A program made the position numbers and the translations under genes. Below the pieces are notes generated by a model. It did no database searches and had not been told where the DNA came from. It worked only from the letters and a program-made list of their open reading frames with translations. Of a stretch of DNA of 60,000 bases, positions 1-11,340 are shown piece after piece (the first letter of the stretch is position 1; every line of letters starts with the position of its first letter). The stretch lies in the NCBI RefSeq assembly GCF_018350175.1, contig NC_058368.1:47928001-47988000 (forward strand), given 5' to 3'. The stretch comes from Felis catus. Its lineage: Eukaryota.

Positions 1-1045
1 CATGATAAAAATGCTCAACAAACTAGGAATGGGAGAAAATTACCCCAACATATCATGTTAATAACCTTAGCATAATATGATGTTAACATTATTTTCTTTT
101 TTTTAAAATTTTTTTTAACATTTATTCATTTTAGAGACAGAGAGAGACAGAGCATGAATGGGGGAAGGTCAGAGAGAGAGGGAGACACAGACTCTGAAAC
201 AGGCTCCAGGCTCTGAGCTATCAGCACAGAGCCTGATGTGGGGCTCGAACTCATGGACCGTGAGATCATGACCTGAGCCGAAGTCGGTTGCCCAACTGAC
301 TGAGCCACCCAGGTGCCCCAACATTATTTTCAATGGTGAGTAACTGAAAGCTTTTCCTCTGAGATCAGGAACTAGACAAAGATTACTATTCTCTCAATTT
401 TATTCAACATAGTATTGGAAACTTAGCCATTACAGTTAGGCAAGAAAAAAAGAAAAAAAGTGGCATCCAAGTTGAAAAGGAAGAAGTAAAATTGTTTCCT
501 TCACAGATGACATTTCTTACACATAGAAAACTCTAAAGGTTCCACAAAGAAACTGTTAGAACTAAGAAATGAATCAGCAGAATTGTAGAATACAAAATCA
601 ATGCTCAAAAATCAGTTGTATTTTTATACAAAACCAATAAACAATTCAAAAAGGAAATTAAGAATACAATTTAATTTATGATAGCATCAGAAAAAATACT
701 CAGGAACAAACTTACTCAAGGAAGCAAAAGACTTGTACACTGAAATCTTCAAAACATTACTGAAAGAAATGAAAGAAGACACAAATAAGTGGAAAGACAT
801 CCCATGTTTATGGATTGGAAGAATTAACATTGTTGACATGTCTGTACTACCCAAAGCAATCTACAGATCCAATGCAATCCCTATCAAAATACCAATGGAG
901 TTTTTTGCAGAATAGAAAATTATCTGAAATTTAAAATCACAAAAGACTGGGAATATCCAAACAATCTTGAGACAGAACAGAGCTGGAGGCCTCACATTTC
1001 TTGATTTTAAAACACATGACAAAGCTACAGTAAACAAAACAGTAT
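1..1045 (+). mobile_element. Old L1 ORF2 reverse-transcriptase region (degenerate; interrupted by SINE 97-319)
   Basis: Degenerate L1 ORF2 translation (NGE*LKAFPLRSGTRQ, FTDD at ~500 for [20 protein letters not shown] in ORF 733-915); stops and frameshifts. Confidence 0.92.
97..319 (-). mobile_element. Can-SINE (SINEC_Fc-type)
   Basis: tRNA-derived head, (CT)n, A-rich tail; TSD aacattattttc at 85-96 and 320-331. Confidence 0.97.
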
Positions 1046-1244
1046 GGGGGCACCTGTGTGGCTCAGTTGATTAATTGTCTGACTTTGGCTCAGGTCATGA
1101 TCTCATAGTTCATGACTTTGGGCCCCCCCATTGGGCTCTCTGCTGTCAGCACAGAGCCCTCTTCAGATCTTCTGTCCCCTCCCTCTCTGCCCCTCCCCTG
1201 CTCTCACTCTCTCTCTCTCTCAAAAATAAACAAACATTAAAAAG
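1046..1244 (+). mobile_element. Can-SINE
   Basis: gggggcacctg head, (CT)n, aataaa tail. Confidence 0.95.
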
Positions 1245-1252
1245 CAAAAAGT

Positions 1253-2021
1253 ATGTGAGGCAGGAAACCATCAAAATCCTGCAGGAGAAAACAAACAGCA
1301 TCCTCTTTGACCTTGGGCTCAGAAACTTCTTACTTGACATGTCTCCAAAGGCAAGGGAAATAAAAGCAAAAATGAACTATGGGCCTTCTCAAGACAAAAA
1401 GCTTCTGCATAACAAAGGAAACAATCAATAAAACTGAAAGGCAACTGATGGAATGGGAGAAGATGTTTGCAAATGATGTATCAGATAAAGGGTTAGTATC
1501 CAAAATCTATAAAGAATTTACCAAACCCAACACCTAAAAAACAAATAATCTGGTGAAGAAATGGGCAGAAGACATGAATAGACAATTCTCTAAAGAAGAT
1601 ATCTGTATGGCAAACAGACACATGAAAAGATGCTCAACATCACTCATCATCAGGGAAATATAATCAAAACCACAATGAGATACCACCTCACACTGGTCAA
1701 AGTGGCTAAAATTAACAACTCAGGAAACAGCAGGTGCTGGCGAGGATGTGGAGAAAGGGGAACCTTCTTGCCCTGTTGGTAGGAATGCAAACTGGTGCAG
1801 CCACTCTGGAAAACAGTGTGGAGGTTCCTCAAAAAATTAAGAATAGAATTATCTTACAATCCAGCAATTGCACTGCTAGGAATTTATCCAAAGGGTACAG
1901 GAGTGCTGATTTGAAGGGGCACATGCACCCCAATGTTTGTAGTGGTACTATCAACAATAGCCAAAGTATGGAAAAAGCCTAATGTCCACCAACTGATGAA
2001 TTGATTAAGAAGATGTGGTAT

Positions 2022-2070
<49 letters not shown>

Positions 2071-2488
2071 ATGGAATACTACTCGGCAATGAAAAAGAAT
2101 GAAATCTTGCCACTTGCAACAGTGTGGATGGACCTGGAGGGTATTATGCTAAGTGAAATAAATCAGTTATAGAAAGACAGATACACATGATTTTACTCAT
2201 GTGGAATTTGAGAAACTTAACAGATGATCATAGGGCAAGGGTAGGAAAAATAAGATAAAAATAGAGAGGGAAGCAAACCATAAGAGACTCTCAAATACAG
2301 AGAACAAACTGAGGGTTGAGGGGGTGGGGGGTGGGTTAAATGGATGATGGGCATTAAAGAGGGCATTTGTTGGGATGAGCACTGGGTGCTGTAAGTAAGT
2401 GATGAATCACTGGAATCTACTCCTGAGGCCAAGACTACACTATATGTTAACTAGGTTGACAATAAGTAAAATTTAAAAAAATAAGAAA
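1253..2488 (+). mobile_element. 5'-truncated carnivore/felid L1 (3' ORF2 + 3'UTR)
   Basis: VRQETIKIL...; ORF2 C-terminal region; 3'UTR with gatgagcactgggtg...gtaagtgatgaatcactggaatctactcctga; A-rich tail. Confidence 0.95.
2024..2067. repeat. (CA)n microsatellite inside L1
   Basis: Pure AC run of about 22 units. Confidence 0.98.
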
Positions 2489-2648
2489 AAAGCAGTATGG
2501 TACTGGCATAAAGGCAAGCTTAAAGCCAATGGAAGCAGGATCTTGAAGTGATATTTGCATCCATGCTCATTGCAGCATTAGTCACAGTAGCCAAGATGTA
2601 GAAGCAACCTAAATGTCCATCAGTGGGTAAATGGGTAAAGAAAATATG

Positions 2649-2695
<47 letters not shown>

Positions 2696-3147
2696 TATAT
2701 GTATATGTATATATATATACATATATATGTATATGTATGTGCATATGTATATGTATACAGTGGAATATTATTCAGCTTTAAAAAAAAAAAAGGAAATTCT
2801 GGCATGTGCTCCAACATGGATGTTATGAGGACATGATGCTAAGTGAAATAAACCAGTCACAAAAAAGACAAATGCAGCATGATTCTCCTTATATGAGTTG
2901 TCCAAAGTAATCCAACTCATAGAAACAGAGAGTAGAATAGTGATTGTCAGAGGCTGGCAGACGGGGAAACAAAGAACTGTTGCTCAGTGGGGTAGAATTT
3001 CAGTAATGCATGATGAAGAAGTTCTAGAGATCCATTGTGCAGCAATGTGCATATATTAACAATCCTGTACTGCACACTTAAAAATCATTGAAAGTAAGTT
3101 TATATAAACTTATATTGTGGTTTTTTTATGCCACAATTAAAAAAAAA
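2489..3147 (+). mobile_element. Old L1 (L1MA9/L1MB-like) resumed and 3' end
   Basis: Resumes gtatggtactggcataaa then jumps to ORF2 end and old 3'UTR (agaaacagagagtagaat...gttctagagatc...ccacaattaaaa). Confidence 0.85.
2650..2758. repeat. Compound (TG)/(TA)/(CA)/(TATG) microsatellite
   Basis: Directly visible. Confidence 0.95.
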
Positions 3148-3429
3148 CACATTTGGCTGCTATATTTTTATAGATCTCCTAGCTTTTAACGTATAGTTTC
3201 TGTTTCTTCTTTGTGCTGTCAGTTTTTCTTACTTGTGGATGTTATAGGTGTATCTAATTTCTAATCCTCTGTCTTAAATAATAAATAGTGTTTGGCGTGA
3301 ACACCTGAATGTGACCCAATCTCTTTTACAGAAGTGTGGGCTTTGTGTGTAGCTGCTCGCGTCTCAAAGGTCTATTTCCCCTGTATTCATAAATATGCTT
3401 TTTAAAAACTGTACATGGTATGTTTTTTT

Positions 3430-3800
3430 GAAAAAGATTACAAATATATAGGGAAAAAACTGTACAAAAGTGTATACAGTAAAAAGTAACCTTTTTCCCA
3501 TCTCTATTGTCCACCACCAAGACTTCCTTATCAGAGCCAAACATTGTTTTGCCAATCTCATGTAAGCTTCCAGAGATACATAACTTAAAAAAAACACACA
3601 CACAAATGGGAGAACACTATAAAACTATTCTGCACTTCACTGTTTTCAGTTAAACAATAGACTTGGTGATGTATTTATTATCTCATATTTGGATTGACCT
3701 CATTATTTTTAATGTCACATAATAGATTTAGTAGAGAAACTGAATTAATTAGTTCTCTACCGATGGATATTAAAGTTGTTTTCATATTGTTCTATCACGA
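3430..3800 (-). mobile_element. Ancient L1 (L1ME-like) 3' fragment
   Basis: Degenerate antisense L1 3' motifs (cacaaatggga, ttgacctcattatttttaatg, gatggatattaaagttgtttt). Confidence 0.55.
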
Positions 3801-4279
3801 ACTCTAAGAACGCTATTTAAAAAACCCAAAATCTCATGTATAACCCCAGTGTATATAGCAGGTAATAGAGGCAGTGTGGAAACCTATCATAGATAAAAGG
3901 CAGATAAATTAAAACCATTCAAACCTACCATAGGAGCAAAAACCTTCTATATACTAAGATATTTATGTGACACGGGGCACCATTGAATTTGATGCCAAGA
4001 TCAGCACAGAGGCTAATGGGTGAAACCTGTGACTCCTGTAGCTGACTCAGGAACACAACAGCTATAGTACTGTGTTTGTACATAAATGGCATCTGAAAGT
4101 GTGAATTATAAAAATGAAGAGTTAATGTGCAGGTACATGCACAAATTCAAAAAATGCACAAAAACATCAGGGAAATCTTCATTTGTAGGTTTGTGCAGGA
4201 TAAATTAACATGTTCGAGATCTCTAATGTGTTAAAATTTGGCATTTAGCATTTTTTTTACTATGTATTGATTCTATTGT

Positions 4280-5200
4280 AATGTAAAAATACTTAAAAGA
4301 ATGTAACTTTAAACATGAATTCTCATTTCTCACTTCTGAGATTGGCACATATGATAAAAGTTGATAACTCAAGCTTTGGCAAGGATGTGGGAAATCGGCA
4401 CTGACTTGCATTGTTTTTGAGTACATACTTTTGTAGGAATTTTGGAGAGAAATTTGGCAGTTTTAATAAAAAAATTTAAATATGCATATCCTTTGATCCA
4501 TCGACCACATGTCTTGGGACTTTCCCCAGATACATATAAAATTATATATGTAAACTGACTTCAATTATAGCACTGTATACACTCACAAAAAATTAGCAAC
4601 TCTTTAAGTGTCCAAAACTATAGGAATATTCAAAAAAATTACCATATGCATATGCTTAAATTAATATATAGTTGATTAAAAGAATGAATATATCTGTATG
4701 TATTGATTAGAAAGATTCCCAAGATTTTTCATTAAGTGAACAGAACAAGGTAGAGAATAGTTGTGTACAAAACCCTCTTTTTTGTGTGTGAGAGATAAAA
4801 AAAAAAAAGATACATATCTGTGTGCAATACTCATCTGTCTGAAAAATGTCACAGCAAACTGTTGATAGTATTGCTTCTGGGGGCACCTGGGTGGCTCAGT
4901 CAGTTGAGCATCTGACTCTTGAGTTCAGCTCAGGTCGTGATTCCAGAGTCTTGGGATCGAGCCCCCATCGGGCTTGATGCTGAGGGCAGAGTCTGCCTGA
5001 GATTCTCTCTCTCTCCCTCTGCTCCTCCCTGGCTTGTGCATGTACATGCGTGTGTGCTCCCCCCCCCCCCCCGCAAAAAAAAAGAGTTTACCTCTGGGAG
5101 GTGGGTTGGGTTATCTGAGGTGGAAGGCAGACATACACTTCAAATCTTCAAAATTTTTTTGTACCACTTAACGAATTTTCTTCATAATCACAAATAGATA
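4280..5200 (+). mobile_element. Ancient L1 (L1ME-like) 3' fragment, interrupted by SINE
   Basis: ttggcaaggatgtggga, tttggagagaaatttggcag, atgcatatcctttgatcc, attaagtgaacagaacaag. Confidence 0.7.
4879..5083 (+). mobile_element. Can-SINE (older subfamily)
   Basis: ggggcacctgggtggctcag head; gggatcgagccc; poly-C/poly-A tail. Confidence 0.93.
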
Positions 5201-6311
5201 TTTCAAAATGTAAATTAAAATAAGATATTTACAGAAGCACTACATTGTTTTTGTGAACTAAAATTTGGAAAACATTTCTCAAAGCTTTTTCACCCTTAGA
5301 ACACGGTGGTAAAAAGGCAGTGGGGAAGCGATGGTGCTTTCCGGTTCCTTGCTTTCCAAATCAGAAGGTTTCGAAATAGATGAATTTCACAAGATAAATT
5401 TTCAAAGATTTCTTCTGATAAGATATCAAGAAAAATGAAGATAAGAAGAGTTAACTTCAGAAGGGCCTGAGGTGATTGGGAATTAGGTACATCATTAGAG
5501 CACTTACCAAAGATTTGGCTTTGGTGGGTGGAGGAGGGAATCTGAAGGAGCTTTGGTGACCTGCTCTCACAGAAGCATGTGGGTCCCCATTTTTGTAGGC
5601 AGTAAATTTCTAACATATGGTGTAATACTCTCTCCCAGATTTGTAGCACCAGCATACAAATTGTGTATGTTCTTGCACTTGAGACGGGAGGAAAATCCCT
5701 GTTTTAATTATTTATTATTATTTTCTTAGCTTAAAAAGATTATCTTATTTTTGCCCTTTGTGAAAAAGCATGAACAATATAGATAGCTCAGGAAAAATAG
5801 ACAAGAAGTAAAATTTCCACCGTCCTAAGATAACTAACCTTAATATTCTGGTAGATTTTCCTTCCACGGTTTTTTGTTTGTTCACTCATTTAATTTGAGC
5901 TTTTATATGGATGTGATCATACTGTCTATACAATTTTATTTCCTGTTCAGACAGGCCAAGGGAGTGCTTTTCAGGACCCTGCGCTATAATAAAGATGTAA
6001 GGGGACCTGGATTATTATTATGATTAAACGGCAACAACTCACCAAAACAGTCATAAAACTCATCAGGAAAATATGGTAGTAGGTCATTGAAAGTAGGTTG
6101 GAGAGTCGGACTGACAAGGGGTATGGATATAAAAATTAAATTCAGGGAGCAAAAGGGTTTTTGATTTGCAATATGCGACAACTTTTCAACTTGCAAGAAG
6201 AGAGACTGATCATTTGTTTCCTTGTTGCGCGTGTTCTCAGCTATAGCTCTTCCTGATCTGGCAGAGCCACCCAAGGGAAGAAAAGAACATCCGCTAAACC
6301 AGCTGTGGTGG

Positions 6312-6765
6312 AATCAAACCAGACAGGCTTTAACTTCAAGTCACAGAGAACCCAACTAATAGTTGATTAAACAAATAAGGGTTTAATTTTCCCACATGAT
6401 AAGACTTCTGGAGGCAAGCTGCTACTGGCTTTGATTCCATGAATGGATGATATCAGGGCTGGCACTTGGTGATTCTCCAAGCCTGTACTTTATGCTCACA
6501 AGATGGCTGCTGTATTTCTAAACACAATGGCTGCTTCTGAGGTAGACAAATGGGAAAGGTAAGCACCAGCCAAAAGTGTTTCCTTTCACCAGAAAATCAA
6601 AGGCTATCTAAGAATTCCCACCTCTGCTTACTTTTCACGGGCCAAAACTGTGTCAAATGGTGACCCCGAGCTGTTGCGGAGGCTGGGGAGAAAAGTATGT
6701 AGTTGGTCTCTTGGCTACTTCACTAAATTGGGGTTCTGTTACCATGGAAGAAGCGGGAAATAGGT
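6312..6765 (-). mobile_element. ERVL-MaLR solo LTR (MLT1J/I-like)
   Basis: aagtcacagagaacccaact, caagatggctgctg, ggccaaaactgtgtca, ggggttctgttaccatggaagaag motifs. Confidence 0.65.
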
Positions 6766-7189
6766 CTCCCTACATGCAGACAGTTCCCTTTGTCAGCCAC
6801 GGGGGACAAAGGTAATCTACTTCAAGCTTCTTATTTCCAAGATGTATGCAAAATGAATTTTTCCTTTCCCTGGTGCCCCCAAGGTGCACGCTGTAGAACA
6901 TTGATGAGAATGGGACTCCAGGCTTGCTAAGAACCACCTCAGCACTGAGCATGGAGATTTGCCAGCAGAGGGATGTGTTTTCTTGCCAGCTGAGACTCAC
7001 CCAGAAGATGTAATTGAATTTCAAAAGAGGCCATCACCGTCTAGAGGCATGGCCACCTCATGTCCTCCTTGAGCCCATGTGGGACTCCTGTGAAAAAGCC
7101 CATTCATAGGCTTGGTCATTCAAGGAGACCACCCCAACGTATCATGTGCAATCATGAGAGGGCAATGAATATTTGCCTCTCCCTCCATT

Positions 7190-7425
7190 AAAAAAATTTT
7201 TTTTTTAAATGTTCATTCATTTTTTGAGAGAGAGAGAGAGAGAGAGAGAGATACACAGAGCATGAACAGGAGAGAGGCAGAGAGAGAGGGAACACAGAAT
7301 CCAAAGCAGGCTCCAGGCTCTGAACTGTCAGTACAGAGCCTGATGCAGGGCTTGAACTCATGAACCATGAGATCATGACCTGAGCTGAAGTCAGACACTT
7401 AACTGACTGAGCCACCCAGGCACCA
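7190..7425 (-). mobile_element. Can-SINE (1 of 3 tandem)
   Basis: Full-length antisense copy; TSD ccattaaaaaaa. Confidence 0.96.
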
Positions 7426-7437
7426 CCATTAAAAAAA

Positions 7438-7616
7438 AAAAAAAAAAAGTATTTATTTTTGAGAGAGAGTGAGGGTGAGAGGGGGAGGGGCAGAGAGAGA
7501 GGGAGACAGAGAATCCCAAGCAGGATCCATGGGGCTCGAACACGTGAACCGTGAGATCATGATCTGAGCTGAAACCAAGAGCTGGATGCCCAACTCACTG
7601 AGCCACTCAGGTGCCC
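7438..7616 (-). mobile_element. Can-SINE (2 of 3 tandem, internally shortened)
   Basis: Antisense head ending gtgcccc, (GA)n. Confidence 0.93.
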
Positions 7617-7626
7617 CTCCCTCCAT

Positions 7627-7688
7627 AAAAAAAAAAAGTTTATTTATTTGAGAGAGAGAGAGAGTGAGAGAGAGAATGAGGGGGGAAG

Positions 7689-7729
<41 letters not shown>

Positions 7730-7868
7730 GAAGAGAGAGAACCCCAAGCAGGCTCGGCTCTGTCAGCTCAGAGCCTGAGACCGGACTAGAACTCACCAAT
7801 CATGAGATCGTGACCTGTGCTGAAATCAAGAGTCAGATGCTTAACTGACGGAGCCACCAGGCACTGCA
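7627..7868 (-). mobile_element. Can-SINE (3 of 3 tandem)
   Basis: Antisense copy with long (GA)n. Confidence 0.93.
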
Positions 7869-8145
7869 CCTCTCCCTCCATTTTAACCGAATACCAGAGG
7901 AATAAGTTCTGGGAAAAGGAGAGGGTGTGAGAGAAAGCGGACTGTGCAAGCTGTGGAACAGACTGAGTTGGGGTGGGAGAGTGAGCTTAGATGACATGCA
8001 ACTACATGAACTGGACTGGACCTTACAAACCTGAATGGAACTGGATTGATGAATGTGAGTGCCTGGTGACAGGGGAATCGAACGTTGCAGGGAGCTGCCA
8101 TCCAGTAAGAAAGGAGGATTTGATGATTTATGGTAACAGCAGCGG

Positions 8146-8638
8146 TGTGGGTTGAATTGTGCTCCCCCAAAATATCTGTTGAAATCTTAACCCCCAGTAC
8201 CTGTGAATGGGGCCCTATTTGGAAACTGGGTCTTTGCAGATGTAATCAAGTTAAAATGAAGTCTTAATAGAATTAAGGTGGACCCTAATCCAATATGACT
8301 GGGGTCTTTATAAGAAGAGGAAAAATTGGACACAGAGACACAGGAAGAAAGCGGGTGAAGACAGAGGCACAGATTGGAGAGATTCTGCTGCAAGCAAAGG
8401 AAAGCCAAGGACTGACAATGACCATCACAAGCTAGAAGGGACGAGGAAGGTCTCTATCCGGTCTCAGAGGCAGCATAGCCCTGCTAATTTCAGACTTCAA
8501 ATCAGTTTTGAACCCTGGCTGATTTTGGACCTTGATTTTGGACTTCAAGCCTCCAGAACTAGGAGAGAGCACGTTTCTGTTGTTTCAAGCCACCCATTTT
8601 GTGGGATTTTGTGATAGCAGCCCTCAAAAATGAACACA
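8146..8638 (+). mobile_element. ERVL-MaLR solo LTR (MLT1C-like)
   Basis: tgtgggttgaattgtg...ttaacccccagtacctgtgaatg...tttgcagatgtaatcaagttaaaatga...cctccagaact...aagccaccc...gcagccc; TG..CA ends. Confidence 0.88.
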
Positions 8639-10239
8639 GAGGTCAATAAGAGAAATTTTTTATATGTATACCACTAATAATGTGAGAAGGTTCATGAAAC
8701 CAGCAAGACACGTTGGCAGAATGACACCTTTGCCACTATAGTATTTTTAAAAACTACTTGATACTGTCTTCCTTACCTGGACTAAATAGAGAACATTCTT
8801 CAGTTGCCTTGAAGTTTTTCCTAAAGCAGAAACTAGCTTAGTTTCTTAGTTCTAGCTTAGAGAGTGCATGATGCTTTTGCGATAGGTATTAAGCATTTTT
8901 AATTAGGACCACAGAACTTACTAAAGAGAAGGCATTAATTGCTTCCCCCTTTTAATATTATCTGAGGAAGGGTATCTTTAACTGTTTCTACTACATCTTT
9001 CTCCCTCTTGCTTGTTTCTCTCTATCCCTTTTTGCAAAAGAACTTTTTATTTTCATGGGCTTGAAACCCTTGTGTCCTTCTGTTCTTGTTGTGGAACTGT
9101 ACATGAGGCAAAATGAAGAAGCTCCAACCGTTCTGGTTGCCCATGGTGGGCTTATTCCAGAACTCTTGGCTACCGTGGCAACAAGGCTTGGCCTTCAGCT
9201 GTTGTCCTTTCCAGCTAACTAGTAAATGTATTTGCATATCTGGATGGGTAGGGAGAGGTAGGTGAGAAGCTAATGTTTACAGAGAATTTAGGGTATTCAC
9301 AGAGTAGCTGTGCTACATGCTTTATTTTATTTGGAGTTTCTTGGTTAACCTCTTTCAGTATTTTGCAACTTGACTCCCACTTCTTACAGAACTTAAACTT
9401 TTTTTCGTAAACATTGAAAATCATAGTTTAACACAATAGAACTTGGCGTTTTTAAGTTTACTATGATTTCCTCACATCTTCTTTTTTTACTTTAGAGAAT
9501 ACTAAATGAAATTTTAGCAAATCGCATTTTGAGCTCCCTGACAAATGCTAGTTTTTTTTAAATGAAAGTGACATGACAAATTCTTATAGAATGACACCCC
9601 AAAGTTTTGGCTTAATTTTTTTTTTAATTTGGACATTCGATTTGTTTAAAAGTAGAATACCCATGTAATTATGGCACACTAATTCTATTGGGATATTTCT
9701 TCATGTTCTAAAGTCTATGTCATGGAAATATATTTGTCATTTTGAGGATGTTTGAGATACTTGTTACTATAGACACATTTTTAATTGGCCAGTATAAATA
9801 CTTCTTGTTAAAACCTTTTAATTCTTACAAAATTCAAGTTAATATTTAACACATGAAACAAAGTAAGAAATAAACCCTTAATGCCAAAATCCCACCATTA
9901 AGAAGTGCTTTTAAGTTTTCTGAACTTCATTTGAACCTTTATTTTCATTTAGGTGCCATTAAGGACTCTGAAAGGGGACTGACAGAAACATTGTCTGAAA
10001 TTTGCTTCCAAAATGACTTTAACCTTTGAATGCATATTCCAGAGTAGCATTAGCAAGCAATAAAATGGGGAAAGAATTAGGAGAGAGAATGATTTCTGGA
10101 GCTCCTGTTCATGTCTGGTGTTTCTCTTCTGGCTGTATGAGTAATTGAGGTGTACAAAAACCTTGGGGACAGGATGAGTGGTGAGGTCAGTCACCAAGAT
10201 GAAGAATACAAAGAAGGAAAATGTAAACTTTCTGCCCCA

Positions 10240-11340
10240 CTTGCTTTTCCCTTTTCTCATTTTCCTCTGGGCTATTAATTCTGCCACCCAAGTCATGAAC
10301 CTGGGAATGGCTTTCGTGATACTTCCTTTTCTCCATCTCTACTCTTAGCAGTATCCGACTCTGATGTTTCCTCCCTTGTCCTTTCTCCTCTATGCCTTGG
10401 AATCCTTCACAAGGATAATTACAACAGGTTCCTCGCTGACGTTCCCCCCCAGCCCCTGCCAGACTTCTCTCCAATCCAAATTTCATGCGGATATTAGAGA
10501 TATCTCTCAAAACCACAAATATGACCATGTTACTTACATGCTTAAAAAACTTTAAAGGCTTTTCGATGCCTTTAGGATAAATCTTAATTCCTAGAGCTGG
10601 TCCTTATCTTCTGACCAAGCCTTATCTTTCACTGTGGGCCCCTTAAACTTTTACTCCTATCCAGGGTCACTGCATCTGGAGTGGTCGCTGGTATAACTTT
10701 AAGGGGGGTGCTGTTCACAGGGAGTCTGTGTTACTGACATTCCCTCTGCCTGAAGCGTCATTCTCTGCCTTGTCCTTCTTTTAAGATACATTTTTCCTGG
10801 ATTTCTCTAAGTATTTCCCTTCCCTGAGAACAGAGCCCTTCTTCCTCTTTGGCCTCCCTCTACCCTGTATGTATTTCATATTTCTTTCACATTCCCTATA
10901 ACTCTTCAATATTAAGTGTCCATATCTTCTTTTTTTTTTTTTTTTAATTTTTTTAACGTTTTTTTATTCTTATTTTTGAGACAGAGAGAGACAGAGCATG
11001 AATGGGGGAGGGTCAGAGAGAGAGGGAGACACAGAATCTGAAACAGGCTCCAGGCTCTGAGCTGTCAGCACAGAGCCCGACGCGGGGCTCGAACTCACAG
11101 ACCGTGAGAACATGACCTGAGCCGAAGTCACCGGCTTAACCGACTGAGCCACCCAGGCGCCCCAAGTGTCCATATCTTCTACCTCCTTCTCGTCTACACC
11201 CCTGAGTAAGGAGTAAGCCTTTTGAAGACAGAATTTCTTTTATTTGTTTTTATATCCTTGGCACTGAGCACTTTGCCTAGCATATGGAGGTGCTTTATAT
11301 CTGGAATAAGGGTATGAGTGAATGAACAAGTGAATAAATG
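10240..11340 (+). mobile_element. L2 3' fragment (interrupted by SINE)
   Basis: L2 motifs (atgaccatgttact...cttaaaaacttt, ttccctctgcctg, gcactttgcctagcatatggaggtgct) ending in gtgaatgaacaagtgaataaatg. Confidence 0.75.
10931..11163 (-). mobile_element. Young Can-SINE (SINEC_Fc-type)
   Basis: Near-consensus, CpGs intact, perfect 17-bp TSD aagtgtccatatcttct (10914-10930, 11164-11180). Confidence 0.98.

Noticed and set aside
126..308. Recurring ORFs such as MAQSV...AQVMIS...SGSVLTAQSLEP throughout the track, resembling a gene family
   Set aside because: They are translations of Can-SINE copies, not genes.
733..915. ORF with reverse-transcriptase-region similarity
   Set aside because: Fragment of a dead L1 ORF2 surrounded by stops and frameshifts; not a functional RT system.
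6960..6976. CTCF-like ccagcagagggatg
   Set aside because: Lacks the conserved GGC(A/G) end; no other support.
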